Source of the DNA: Octopus sinensis
Lineage: Eukaryota
Direction: 5' to 3'
Assembly (NCBI RefSeq): GCF_006345805.1
Contig: NC_043000.1
Span: forward strand, 151,776,001 to 151,840,000
Length of the DNA stretch: 64,000 bases
In this document: positions 12,761-25,574 of the stretch, piece after piece
Layout of the letters: every line of letters begins with the position of its first letter
Numbering within the stretch: position 1 is the stretch's first letter
Program-made: the position numbers and the translations under genes
The notes under the pieces: generated by a model
The model's input: only the letters and a program-made list of their open reading frames with translations
Databases searched by the model: none
What the model was told of the DNA's origin: nothing

Positions 12761-13559
12761 GGAATTACAAGTAAAACTCAAATAAAGTACCAGTAAATAT
12801 TGGGTTAGGTGTAATCGACAAGGCCCCTCCCCTCAAAAGTTTCTGGTATTGTTCCTAAGCGAGAAATTATTATTAATATATGTTGCTGTGAGCAGATGTT
12901 CCTTCGCTTGTTTGCGAGAATTTTAATTTCTGGACGTCCTGGGTGCGAAGAGAAAAGTAATAATAATACTGGGGTGCGGGTCAGAAAGTCCATCTGCTGT
13001 AAGTATTGTAGTAAGGAGGACTATTTGAGAACTGAAAAACATAAGTAACAACGACGGTAAGCTACGAAAACAGCTGTTCTGAGAGTGTCATTGGTCGAGG
13101 TTCCAGAAGCATAGATCGCTTCGTCTTCATTCGCAGAACCCTGCAATGACCTGCCTCATCCCTCGGCCATAATCATCAGCACCATCTGATCGTCTCGCAA
13201 TGATGAAGAGATGAATCAACAAGAGGGGTAGATTGTCGAGGAAAGAGGAAAGGCAGGAAAAAAACAAAAGACCCCCTTAAAAGGAGACTCGAAGGAAAAC
13301 GATTAAAATTTATACAGAGTATCTCATCTTCTGAAAATATATGAAGTTTAAATGCTTTGAATAGCAAACGACCAACTGATGGATGGTTTAAACGTTTCAT
13401 AAAAAGATCATATGAAATATCATGTGCAAATTTGTGAGGAAATATGTGTATCAAGTGAACATAGAGTCATATATATATATATTTTTTTTTGATAGTATAA
13501 ATATACAAACAAAAACGTTGCATACACAAACATTTACTTTGAATCTACAATTTGAAGGA

Positions 13560-14460
13560 CACAGAAATAGTGGTGGAAATATGAATTTAAATAACAAAAT
13601 CTGTGTAAACAATGAAAACGATAGCACCAGCAACAACTGTAACTTACTCTCTACCAGCGATACGAGTCAAAAGGAGGCTACGAAGTAACACCAACCAGAA
13701 GGAAAAGTATGGAAGACGTACGTCGCAAAGGCAAGTGCTTCCTTACCCGAAGGACTTATTGAAGAATGGACAAAGAAGAGAGTGGCATAGCTATTGGTTT
13801 TTCTTAAGTAATAAAGAAATAGCGAGAGAGGTCTTCCATACGCTCTCAAATGAGGGAATGATGCGAGAAGATGGGTAGCGTTTGTGTTTCATACGGGGAT
13901 GATACGTAATATATGGACGGGGTAAATACGAGGGTACGACCAGAGACATCGGTGCCAACGTAGATCCTTCGTTCGTTATCTTTGTTACGACACAGCACGA
14001 GCAGATGGTAAGCCCAGAGATAATCAGAAACACTATGTAGTCAGGTGGAATCCGCATAGGCATCCAGGCACTGATGACTCCTGATGATCACAAGATTATT
14101 TCAGAGTGGGAGAGAAAATGAACCAGATTGATGGTTTAGGTTAGACAGTCCAAGTGCTACGCGTGCGGACTATGAACAACGTTAGGGCCTGGAGAAATGC
14201 AAAAGAAGGAAAACAGCAGATCAGAAACAACACCAGACCCCTAAGGTGCACACAACAAGGCAGAAGACTATCACTGCTGCCGCCACCACCGCCTCTGTTG
14301 ATTTTTACAGCATCACCGGTCGCAGCTGAATCACCTTATCCTCAGTGTCATCGGCACCAGATCCGATTCGGTAAAGCACAGAAAAGAGGGTCCCATAGAT
14401 GTTGGAAGTCCTTACAGAGTGGCCTGTTCCTCTGGAATACTTGAACTTCTCGCTTGTTCA
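13560..14460 (+). mobile_element. Decayed non-LTR retrotransposon ORF1 (gag-like) relic
   Basis: Broken frame with KCYACG zinc-knuckle start at ~14150 and a YEGTTRDIGANVDP segment resembling 63.45 kb; many stops. Confidence 0.4.
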
Positions 14461-15506
14461 GGATGAAAACTGGGACCTAATGAAACTACTAAGGAAATTA
14501 AAAAAGATATTGCGTTAGCTGAGATAGTAGGGAACGCAAATCAAAAGATGATAGGTGGTAAATGAAGACTGTATTAATGGTCTACTAATAGCCAAAGGAG
14601 AACTATGTAGAGGTTGCGGAAGTCTTCATTCTTCGATTAAAACCGTACAGACACAGGCATAAATTCTAAAGACGTTTATTACAACCGGAGCAGAAAGTAA
14701 ACGGAGTCATATATATAAGGTATAGCGCCATTGATTTAGTAACTTTGTTTTGTGATAAGTTTTATATGATATTCTTAGACACTTGAAGCAAATAAAGAAA
14801 TAAAATGTATTTTGAAAATATTTGTGCTTCAGTTACTGTTTTCTTGAAATATATAATGATATCGTAGAGTAATACTTACTGTACTGGTCATTCGGTACAA
14901 CTGAAAATTTAAAGAAAATAGACTGAATTAGAAAGGGAATATTAAGTGCGTGAATAAGACTTACTATTGTCCAGTTCTAAAAAAAACATGCAATAAGGTG
15001 CATTATGCGTTTTGGTTACAGACAGAACACAACTTATGTTGCATACTAACAGCATTAAACTACACAGCATTAACCATGTGAGCGACAGTTATCTGGAATG
15101 CTATTTTTCTATTGTTTGGTGATTGATCACACGATAATAGTTGAAAAGGAATCAAAGGCGGAATAAGGTGGAAGAGATGGAAGATTTATATTACTATAAA
15201 ATTCTGAGACGAAAGATAGAAATTAAATGCTTAAATATTTTAAGGGTCAATTTGATTTACTCCAAGCTGAAACAATAAAATATTACGAAGAAACCATTCA
15301 GTAGTTGTATATTAATAAGAATATGAAGAATTTGTTGATAAAAGGTTGTCACTAAGATGTCTAGAAGAAAATAAGTAGAAAGAAATTGAGTGAGGAAGAT
15401 AGAAAGTGAGTTAATTACCGAGTGAAACGTTAAGAAAATGTTTTATAATGCAAAACAATTATAACAAACTATAATCGGGTTGACCCGTTACAAAAGATGC
15501 ACGCAC

Positions 15507-16079
15507 CTTCACATGTCTGGATCGCCAGAATCTCCTTAATGGAATCTAAGGCATCAAAGTTTTCCACATGAAACACAAATTGTGATTCCTTTTTATTTGA
15601 TTCGCTAGCTATGCCTTTTAGTTCTTTGAGGTCCACATTGCTACCAATACCAACGGCAAACATGTAGACACCCTTTTCTTTGGCTATTTTAGCTTCTTCA
15701 GCCGTTTTTGATAAGCTCCAAGATTTCCCGTCTGTTAAAATGATAGCAATATGAGCAACGTCTTGTCGAGCGCCCAGAGGATTGAATTCTCTTTCACGCA
15801 TCTCCTTGATAGCTTTCGCCGTATTGGTTCCTCCATAATTTTGACGAATACTCTTCAGTGCACCGATTACTTGAGTTTTATTGGTGTAGTCTTTAAAACT
15901 GAACTGTGGATAGAAACTGTTGCTGAACGTACCCAGACCAATACGGGTTTTATTCGGTGCGACTTCAAAAAGCTCAATCATGTTTTCTACGAATTTTATT
16001 TGTTTGGCGAAGTCTACAAACCAAATACTCGTTGAAGAATCCAAAAGAAAGTAAACATCCGCAGGTTTCCCGCCGCAAT
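15507..16079 (-). CDS. VWA domain exon with intact MIDAS; collagen VI/matrilin-like VWA protein
   Basis: Acceptor ttttctcacag at 16080, donor gtgcgt at 15506, 573 bp, phase 1/1; DVYFLLDSSTS (DxSxS), GGTNT, ILTDG, FAVGIG. Confidence 0.95.
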
Positions 16080-16491
16080 CTGTGAGAAAAATAAAAACAC
16101 AATTATAAACGAATATATTCTTATGACGAATTTTTGTGACTCAAAAACAAATGACATCTTTCTAAGTATGTTATAAATTATCAATCCTGCAGTATGATTT
16201 CAAAATATTGTTTTATAAAATAAATGTCATACATTTAGAAATAATACAATGTTTGTAAAACTAGGCAGAAAAATATGTCAAATGATTAAAGTCTTCTATT
16301 ATACCTTTATTAATAGCTAGGACGCTTTTAAAATACTCTTGTAATAAAAATCGATTACAGTACTTGGCTAGTATTTTAAGTTATCGATACCGGAAAGATG
16401 AAAGGTAATGACTGACCAAGCTGATAGAAATTATCTCTTTGTTTTTTTAAAAAATACCTAACGTCTTGAAGGTGATATAATTTGTAACACA

Positions 16492-16713
16492 AAATGGCGT
16501 TGAACTGGCAGAAACGTTGGCACGCCGGGCGAAATGCCTAGCGGTATTTCATCTGTCTTTACGTTCTGAGTTCAAATTCCGCCGAGGTCGACTTTGCCTT
16601 TCATCCTTTCGGGATCGATAAATTAAGTACCTGTTACACACTGGGGGTCAATGTAATCGACTTAATCCCTTTGTCGGTCCTTGTTTAGCCCCTTGTGGGT
16701 AGTAAAGAAATAT
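16492..16713 (+). mobile_element. SINE family A
   Basis: 17-bp TSD atataatttgtaacaca (16475-16491, 16714-16730). Confidence 0.95.
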
Positions 16714-16768
16714 ATATAATTTGTAACACACGCGTTCATTATAAATGAAATTCAGAAAAAGTCTAGAT

Positions 16769-16941
16769 CAGTGCTCCGCAACCGGTATGCAGCGGCACAC
16801 TGGAGTGCTACGAGATGATGATAGGTGTGCCGCAGTGTAACCTGAATATAAGTTTTTTTCCCTATTCTTTTAGCTATATTTTTAGTTCAGGTGTGCCGTC
16901 GAATTTTGAAAAGAATATAAGTGTGCCACAAGTCAGCACTG
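16769..16941. mobile_element. hAT-like MITE, decayed right end
   Basis: Ends CAGTGC...GCACTG; flanks gtctagat / gtccaggt (6 of 8 match). Confidence 0.6.
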
Positions 16942-17188
16942 GTCCAGGTAACACAATATTTGGTATTCATTTCATAAAACATCGAAAGAAGTGGCAGGTA
17001 AGAAATTTATTTACATGAAGAATGTAAGCAAGAAATATTTACAATAAGTGCATTTATCAAATACTTATTTTATATCGCCATCAATACCAGTAATGTTATC
17101 ATTAGTTTACAGTGGAACTGACGTAGATGCGTCCGTATGATCGCTTGACTTGCCAGAAATCTTTGCCAAATCTTTCTCAAGACATACC

Positions 17189-17420
17189 TATTTCTTTACT
17201 AGCTACAAGAAGCTGAACACAGAGAGAACAAACAAGGACAGACAGACGGATTAAGTTGATTATATCGACCTCAGTGCGTAACTGGTCCTTAATTTATCGA
17301 CCCTGAAAGGATGAAAGGCAAAGTCGACCTCGGCGGAGTTTGAACTCAGAACGTAGCGGCAGACGAAATACCGCTAAGCATTTCGCCCGGCGTGCTAACG
17401 ATTCTGCCAACTCACCGCTT
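17189..17420 (-). mobile_element. SINE family A flanked by 111-bp direct repeats
   Basis: Full family A sequence on the minus strand between repeats 17078-17188 and 17426-17536. Confidence 0.92.
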
Positions 17421-17425
17421 TATTA

Positions 17426-17665
17426 CCATCAATACCAGTAGTGTTATCATTAGTTTATAGTGGAACTAACGTAGGTGCGTCCATATGATCGCTTGACTCG
17501 TTACAGATCTTTGCCAAACCTTTCTTAAGACATACCGTAATGACAAAAAGATAGGACACACATACTGTAATCTTAGGCATTCCTAAAAGGAAGATTTAAA
17601 CGCAACTGGAGTACTTTTGATTATGGATCTACTCGATCGGTATTAACCTGGTGCTAAACAGCAAG
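17426..17665 (+). mobile_element. Older family D repeat (apparent target of the SINE insertion)
   Basis: atgatcgcttgact...gccaaa body and ...aacctggtgctaaacagcaa end match other family D fragments. Confidence 0.55.
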
Positions 17666-17685
17666 AACAACATAATTAGAAAATA

Positions 17686-17910
17686 TTGGGTTGTCCGGAA
17701 AGTTCGTGTCGATTTATAGTAGCTTATCTTTCGACTTATCCTCCCAGGCACCTCAATTCTGGGAAAAGGGTATTTTCAAGTTAAAGGAAAGATGGAGACG
17801 TATTGTGCAACTAAATGATTCATATTTGGTTGATTAAAAATGTAATGGCAAGTATTTATTGACATTTTTCTTTCCTTTAAAAATCGGCACGAACTTTCCG
17901 GACAACCCAA
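17686..17910 (+). mobile_element. Mariner deletion derivative (MITE)
   Basis: TIR TTGGGTTGTCCGGAAAGTTCGTG(T/C)CGATTT, TA TSD; internal WEKGIFKLKERWRRIVQLNDSY resembles a mariner transposase C-terminus. Confidence 0.9.
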
Positions 17911-19023
17911 TATTCATTAGCAACAGAGGCAGTTTTAACACTGCGAGGTATTATTTATCCCCACTTAAACATGGATGTTCTGTAATAACAAACTATACTG
18001 CAGTAGTTGCCACGAGAGAAACTCTCTTATTGGCTTTTGGTGCAAAATGCACTTTTGTTTATCACTACAGGGGAAATAAATCCTCGCCACCTCCAGCACC
18101 GACACCACCAGACCACGTGATTAATTTACGGTTTGTTTTAAACTGCAGGGATTTCTTTTGATTTGATTCTTGATTTAGCTCATGGTTGAGCCCTATACTG
18201 AGTATTAACTCGTCTGTTGTACTGCACCGGCCAACCCTAATCGAACAAATCAATGGCACATAGGTAGTCTTCCCTTGATTCAGCTCCATATTGTGCCCTC
18301 CGATACTCAGTGTGCAATGTAGTTGTGTGAGTAAATTGAGTTCTTCCACTGTCAAGATTATTCCTGGGTAACTATTGTTGTTTAAACCCAGATTAAATCT
18401 GAACGAACAGGCCTATTATCAAAGACCTTCCAGTGGTAACCACATCGCCGATTTGGCTGCTATTTCTAGCAAGTCAAAACGAGTTATTCATAAAGAAAAA
18501 CCGTCTCTGGATTGTGTAGAGAGCACATAAAACACAGCCTCAGTGGTTTCGATCAGAGATCAAGCGTTATTTTTTTTCTACTTATCTTAGTTGTACATCT
18601 CAACAGAGGTTCAGAATTACTGAAGTTACCGATGTGGTTATTTTGGAGTGTACAGGCCTTATACGTTTAGATGTGTTTGCTTTGCTGATAATGTAATAGA
18701 TTTATATTTAGTAGATCTGTATGGTTGTTTGGAGGAGCTTCTACTCTAATGTACAGTGCACCTCGTCTGATGAAGTGGTCATTCGTTTTGGGTCCGGTAT
18801 TGTCCCACGAATTGGATCAAAAAATGAAAAAGAAAAGAATGCCATTTTGTCTCTCGTATCATTTTTGAGCCTACTTTAAGTTCTTAATGTTCAATGTATC
18901 GATTATTTTATCACCCACTTGACTGTATTATTTATTTTACCTGGAACTCTAGAATTATCTTATTTTCAAGCACTTCTCTTTCCTTGTACTAATAAATATA
19001 CGGAAACATATTTATTCAATAAA

Positions 19024-19154
<131 letters not shown>

Positions 19155-19227
19155 GAAACAGTTTAAAAAAAGTTAAAGCGCAGCTACACTGACACTGAAG
19201 ATCTTCAACAAGAGTGAAACTTGCTCA

Positions 19228-19606
19228 TATACTCTTTACTCTTTTACTTGTTTCAGTCATTTGACTGCGGCCATGCTGGAGCACCACCTTTAGTCGAGCA
19301 AATCGACCCCGGGACTTATTCTTTGTAAGCCCAGTACTTATTCTATCGGTCTCTTTTGCCGAACCGCTAAGTACGGGGACGTAAACACACCAGCATCGGT
19401 TGTCAAGCAATGCTAGGGGGACAAACACACACACACACATACATATATATATACATATACGACAGGCTTCTTTCAGTTTCCGTCTACCAAATCCACTCAC
19501 AAGGCTTTGGTCGGCCCGGGGCTATAGCAGAAGACACTTGCCCAAGATGCCACGCAGTGGGACTGAACCCGGAGCCATGTGGTTGGTTAGCAAGCTACTT
19601 ACCACA
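19228..19606 (-). mobile_element. SINE family B
   Basis: Same body and tail as 5358-5766. Confidence 0.92.
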
Positions 19607-20064
19607 CAACGTTTTTTCTCACCCTTCAATTTAAAAAAATAATATTTTGGTCTTTTTAATGTTCCAAGCATTAAATATGTTTCTCACTCGCTTTCATTCG
19701 AATGTTTTGAGCTCATTTAGTAGATGATTTGTGGTAATACGAAGTCTGTGACTTCGTATTTTTTTTGAAGCAAGTAGCGATTTGTTGTGGTGAGGTTGGA
19801 ACCCTACGAAGAATTGACATAATCCTGGCTGAATTTAATATGTTGTTTGTGTATGAGAATTATTTCTTTGTTTTGAGAAAGAGTAAGGACCGTGAGAGGT
19901 CTTGGGGTACCGTTTATTTATGTCTTTCACTATCTTTCAATACATGCTGTGAATGTGAAATGACGGTTCTTCGTAAATTTCTTAATGTTATATAAGTAAG
20001 AGGTCGTATATATTTTGCATAAGAATGGGAAGAAATTCTTTAAAAAGTGGATGTAGATGGGGCA

Positions 20065-20297
20065 AAGGCGGAGAGCTGGTAGAAACGTTAGCACGTCGGG
20101 CGAAATGCTTAGCGGTATTCCGTCTGCCGTTACGTTGTGAGTTCAAATTCCGCCGAGGTCGACTTTACCTTTCATCCTTTCGGGGTCGATAAATTAAGTA
20201 CCAGTTACGCACTGGAGTCGATGTAATCGACTTAATACCTATGTCTGTCCTTGTTTGTCCCTTCTATGTTTAGCCCCTTGTGGGTAATAAAGAAATA
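20065..20297 (+). mobile_element. SINE family A
   Basis: 16-bp TSD ggatgtagatggggca (20049-20064, 20298-20313). Confidence 0.95.
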
Positions 20298-20388
20298 GGA
20301 TGTAGATGGGGCATGAAGATGGATTTTCGAGAAATTGCAGATTCTTGATGTGTCGTTATCTTGTAAAGCTTTTCGTTAGTTTCCTCAC

Positions 20389-20410
20389 CGTGGCACCTAC
20401 AAAATACCAT
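20389..20410 (-). CDS. Candidate first coding segment of the VWA gene (MVFCRCH)
   Basis: ATG at 20410, phase-1 donor gtgagg at 20388 compatible with the 16079 acceptor; an out-of-frame ATG at 20417 weakens the call. Confidence 0.25.
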
Positions 20411-20702
20411 TATTCATTTTGACAGAGTATTTTGCCAAATTTTTCACAGGAATAAGTAACTTCTATTGGATCGATGCCAATTCACGAATCACCAACCGTT
20501 TCGATTGGCAGTTCTATACGTTATCGATTTGACCAGCTCTTAGCAACAGCAGCAGCACCGGTAGCAGCAGCAGCAGCAACAGTAGTAGTAGTTGTAGTAG
20601 AAATTGTTGTAGGAACCAAAACAAAAACAGATATGTCGAATTAACAGAAAATGGAGATTTTAAAGTTTTTAAGTGTTGGTTTAGTGCCGAATCGTCGGTT
20701 AC

Positions 20703-20712
20703 TATTTATATA
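20703..20712 (-). promoter_or_regulatory. Candidate TATA box
   Basis: TATATAAATA on the minus strand in a CpG-containing non-repetitive segment upstream of the candidate first exon. Confidence 0.35.
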
Positions 20713-20909
20713 GCTGTAATAACACGCAGTTTTCGACTAATGTCAACACCAAATGGGAACTGTCTTCACTCTCTGCAGCCACTCAATGTATCACGCTCAG
20801 CTAGTCGTGCAGTTACCAATGCACGTGGCCACGCGAGTGCACACATTTTTTACCAAAAAAGAAGAAATACATGCACTCGTCGACGTCTGTTTGTGCGTTT
20901 ATGTGTCTG

Positions 20910-20946
<37 letters not shown>

Positions 20947-20961
20947 TAGAGAGAGAGACAG

Positions 20962-20992
<31 letters not shown>

Positions 20993-21229
20993 AGGAAGGG
21001 AGAAAGAGAGATAGGGCGTTTTGTGTGTTTAGATAAATGATAATGCACGGTGAACAAAATATGGAAGTCCTACTCTGTCACGTGGCCATAGAATAAAAAA
21101 TATATTAAAACCATATCAGCATGTTGTTGATATACTTAATAATAAATCTAGCATTTAAAATTGAAATGTAAAGGATGTAGAGGGATGAAACTAAATATTA
21201 TCCTTTTGAAAACGCGAAAAAGGTTTTCT

Positions 21230-22600
21230 AATATTGGTACAAATCCACAAAAATATGTGCGCGTGGGGAGAGTATAGACCATTTAGCCGACCACAGCATT
21301 TCACAAGTATTTACTTTATTGACCTCGGCTGATAAAAAACAATGCTGACCTCGGCAAGATTCGAACGCAGAACATAAATTTAAAAAAAAATTAAAAATTC
21401 CCCGTCCTTCCTTAATAAGTATTTCTTAAGGGGGATAGAGTCATCAGTGTTTGACTGGACCTTTTATCGAATACAGAAGGATCCAAGGCAATGTCGACCG
21501 GGCAGTTTGGTCCTTGCTCTGCCGATTCCCACATCCATATAACCATAACTAGTACATATAATACTAAATAGTACAACTAATTAATTTGATCGTTCTGTTT
21601 CCTATCTACACAATTTTGATCGGTATTTCCTCAATTTGTCTTCTACGCCACATTTTAAACGTACGTTTATGTAAATGTTTATTTAGCATGTTAGCCAAAA
21701 TTATGATTACATGTTGCATTGTGATAACTGCAAAATATAATTTAGATAGAAGCACAAAGAAATGAGATTCACAACGAGATAATCTAATCCTTCTTTCTGA
21801 TATATGAAAGAGAAATATTAATTATTTATGATGTAATACTCGATAAAAGCAAAAAAACTATTTGACAAAATACTTTTCCCAGATATCCAAACAAGTAAAT
21901 ATGTAGATCTATCTAATCTTTTTCAAAATAAGAAAAGAGATATAAAATTATTGTTGTTGTGAGTGAGGCAGAATGGTTAGAGTGACGACTAAATGCCTTG
22001 CAGTATTTGTTCCGACTCTTTACGTTCTGAGTTCAAATCCTACCGAGAAGAGTTTTGCCTTTCATTCCTCCGAGAAAAAAAAATACCAGCCTTAACTAAG
22101 GCTGTTGCTATCGAGTAAACCTCTTCCTTGAATTCCAGGCCTTATACCTATACTGGAAAGAATTATTGTAGGGCTGGATTTGTAGAATGGCTGCAGCCTT
22201 TGAAAAAAAATCCCTTGCAGTTTGTGTTCAGGACCTTTACGTTCTGAGTTCAAACCCCGCCGAGATTAATTTTACCTTTATTCCGTTCGGTATCAATAAA
22301 ATAAAGTACCAGTAAAGTTCTGGGGTCGACTGTATAGACTAACCAAACCATCTCAAAATTGCTAGTCTTATTCCCAAATTTTAATAAACTTTATCATAGT
22401 GGTAGTGTAGCAGAATCGGTAGAGATGCAGACAAAATACCTTGCGGTATTTACGTCCCTTTAGGATCTGAATCGACATTCTGCTTAAATTGATTTTGCTT
22501 TCCATCTTTGACTAATAAAATAACATTTCAGTCAAGTAATGGGATCGATCAAAAATCGATTTCATTTTTCCTACTGATGTGAGGCTCTTGGCTAAAGTTA
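21230..22600. mobile_element. Cluster of decayed family A SINE copies in both orientations
   Basis: tacgttctgagttcaaa at ~22022 and ~22240, gacctcggcaagattcgaac at ~21348, further fragments to ~22600. Confidence 0.65.
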
Positions 22601-24008
22601 GACACCAACAGTTAATCTGTACGGTGAGATTCACAGTGTTTAATTGAAAACTAGACTTTTCCTTTACTCATGCCAATTACTTAAGAATGAGCTACCGACG
22701 ATAAGTAGATGTTTTAGATATGTTCATCTATGGATGCTCATCGAAGATGAAAAGAGATAACTGATGGAATTAATTGATTAGTTGTAATTAACCACCATTG
22801 AGCACAAGAATATCTATATCTAAGACAGAGCAAACTTCAAATGAGCAAATGAAAATGAAAAGAAATGGTAAAAAATATAGTGCCTCAGTCAGCTATGATA
22901 AGAAACAGAAGAATGCGCCAGTTAAAGCTGTTTTTGTTCTGACACAGAAATTGCTGTCTTTAATAAGTCTCATCTTCTTATTTATCAATACAAATATGAT
23001 CTTTATATATTTTATTGACGGCATAAAAGACATAAATTTATAGGGACCAACAGCAAAATTTATCCGTTTGTCATTGAACAGAGAACATGACGTGTTTTTT
23101 TTTTTTAATAAAACGAAGTAATACAGTACAGTTTGTAACCAGTTTCCCAGAGAATCCACGGTCGTATGTTTGTCTACTGTGCCCATGTTTATCGAAAACA
23201 CATACACAAGATGTGAAATGAAGGGAGTCGAATTATATCGTATCTCGACACAATAAGTGCTCGCTGCCGTTCTAGGGTGCACGTAACGCAAATCGTGACA
23301 TTTAATTAAATGTTTGAATTAGCTGGAAGTGTCATATATTTTAACCGTCCAATTAGTTCTATAAATATTTACATAATTAAATGCTTATGAGAAATTGTTT
23401 GGAAGACTTGGTAAATTATGAAAGTATTTATATCTCAATTTGTTTCTTCCAGATCTTTTGCCTGGGCCTCATAAAACATTACAGCGCAAAATCTAAGATG
23501 CGTAATTAAAATATAGTTTGTAAACTTAGAGAAATTTTGAATACTTACAATAGGTTTCTTGAGCTGACAACAACTTTAAGCCCTAGAATAGATACAAAAA
23601 ATATTTAAGTTTGTTAAATTGAGAAAGGAAAAAGAAAAAGGTTCAGCTTATACAAAAATCCAAATTAACCACATAAAGATCAAAAAGAAGATCAGTTCCT
23701 TGCTTGTTTATGAAGTTCTGACACTGGCATAAAGCCTTCGGTTTATAGAGGAAAATATGCTTTCCACTATCTTTCTCGATGTTACTAGCGTTGCAAATTG
23801 CAATATTATTATAAAATTCTATACGATACCGATCGTATATGCAGGTTTTTAAATTGGAGGGAAATCTATCAACAAGTAACGCCAAGTCTCTCGTTCAAAA
23901 GCATTATACAATGCAAACTACAAAAACTTAACTCTATACTTATGTACCATAGTTATTGCATCTCAACATCACACAAAATAATCTGTATTTTGTAACTGAT
24001 AAGGAGAT

Positions 24009-24073
<65 letters not shown>

Positions 24074-24604
24074 GCTACACTGAGCTTAATCTCAGAATTT
24101 TACCATTGAGCACTCACTAAACAGAAGAATACTGAAACGAAAACATCGCCTAGAAGTATGAGTAGCTCATGACTGCAATTTGTGTGTAATCTGTCACATG
24201 CCATGAAAACTACGCCAGAAGGATATCACATTTTACAAACAATATTACTTCCAGCTGAGAAGCACAATATTACTTGGGAGAACAACAACACCTCACACGC
24301 GCGCACAAGCTGAAATAGCGACGTATTGCCAACAACCTTTATTGAATCTGAATCTATATTATTTGCCCCAGCTGCATTAATCACTGCAATCTTCAATCAA
24401 ACAAAAATAGACAAGAAAACAAATTACGCACAACATATTTCGACTGTTTCACGGCTTTCACACAACTAAATATATTGCACAAGAAGTTGTATGATCCAAG
24501 ATTACTAAGGGATAGGTTATTCGTATTGTACAATTTTAATAATCTTTCCTTTATGTTTAAAGCCATACATATAAGTTATAAATGCAAATATAAATACAAA
24601 TATA

Positions 24605-24888
24605 TGGGAAACTACCACCTGTGTCATCTCTTGTGAAAGGTAAGAGAGTCCAGTTTGCTGGACATTGTTGTAGAGCTGAAAAAGAGGTAATTTGTACTCT
24701 TCTGCTCTGGAAGCCATCTACTCGCAATACCAGAGGGCGCACACTCTCCTACCCTGATGTAATCTCCAGGGATACAGGCATCCAGCAACAGGACCTCCGT
24801 AATGCCATGATGGACCGTGAAGTCTGGCGTAGCATGGTAAATTCCATTGTCTCGACCACGGTCGAACAATGATGATGATGATGATGAT
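24605..24888 (+). mobile_element. RTE-type LINE 3' end
   Basis: RVQFAGHCCRA...LLWKP...AMMDREVWR C-terminal signature, stop, then (TGA)n tail. Confidence 0.85.
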
Positions 24889-25574
24889 AAGTCATAAATG
24901 CGTTCAAGCTGCCACAGTAACAGTTAAGTAATTAACATAGTACTTTCGTGATTGATAGGAAATAATCTATAATCTTTCCGATGATTATTAAAGCTTTTAG
25001 TATCTTACACTAAGGTATTCTATTAAAGACGCGAAAAGTAACATCGTATCGTGTAGTTTCTGTTTTGTTTCTTCCAAACATGATTTAATTATGTATTAAT
25101 CGTATTAAAGCGGATCGTTAGCACGCTGCTCAATATGCTTAACAGCATTCCGTCCGTTTCTAAGTTTTGAATTTTCAGAGTCACTGAAATAAGTACCAGT
25201 TGGGTACAGGGGATCGACGTAATCTACCACTCTCTCCCCGCAAATTTCACGCTTTGTGTCTAGGGTAGAAAGTATTACATGTTAATCATATTTATTCTAT
25301 GTGGTTCAGTGGTGTTAGGATTCCTGGTTTTTACTCAGGCGACAGGTTGGCAGAATCGTTAAAGCGTTGGTAAAAAAATGCTTTGTAGTATTTGTTTTGG
25401 CTCTGTGCTCTGAATTCTAATACCACCTATGTCAGCTTTAACTTTAACCCTTCCAATATTCTTAGATACTTAGGTTTCGGTCAGAAGTGACTCAGACATG
25501 ATTAACTTAACAACACCACCTAAAATATGTTACTAGTCAAGTATCTAGACTGATTTAATCCAGCGCCTTCAAAT

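Noticed and set aside
13340-13440. GWFKRFIKR resembling a Tigger/CENP-B helix-turn-helix motif
   Set aside because: Short match with flanking stops and no TIR or DDE region nearby; could be chance.
18760-18830. Hammerhead-like CTGATGA...CCACGAA
   Set aside because: No GAAA, no stem III or cleavage triplet, and stem II is out of register.
19190-19230. Hammerhead-like CTGAAGA...GAAAC
   Set aside because: Stem II does not close on the core and stem III cannot pair.
20530-20610. Poly-Leu stretch resembling a signal peptide on the minus strand
   Set aside because: No ATG between the TATA-like element and the stretch, and the frame stops shortly after; it is a trinucleotide repeat.
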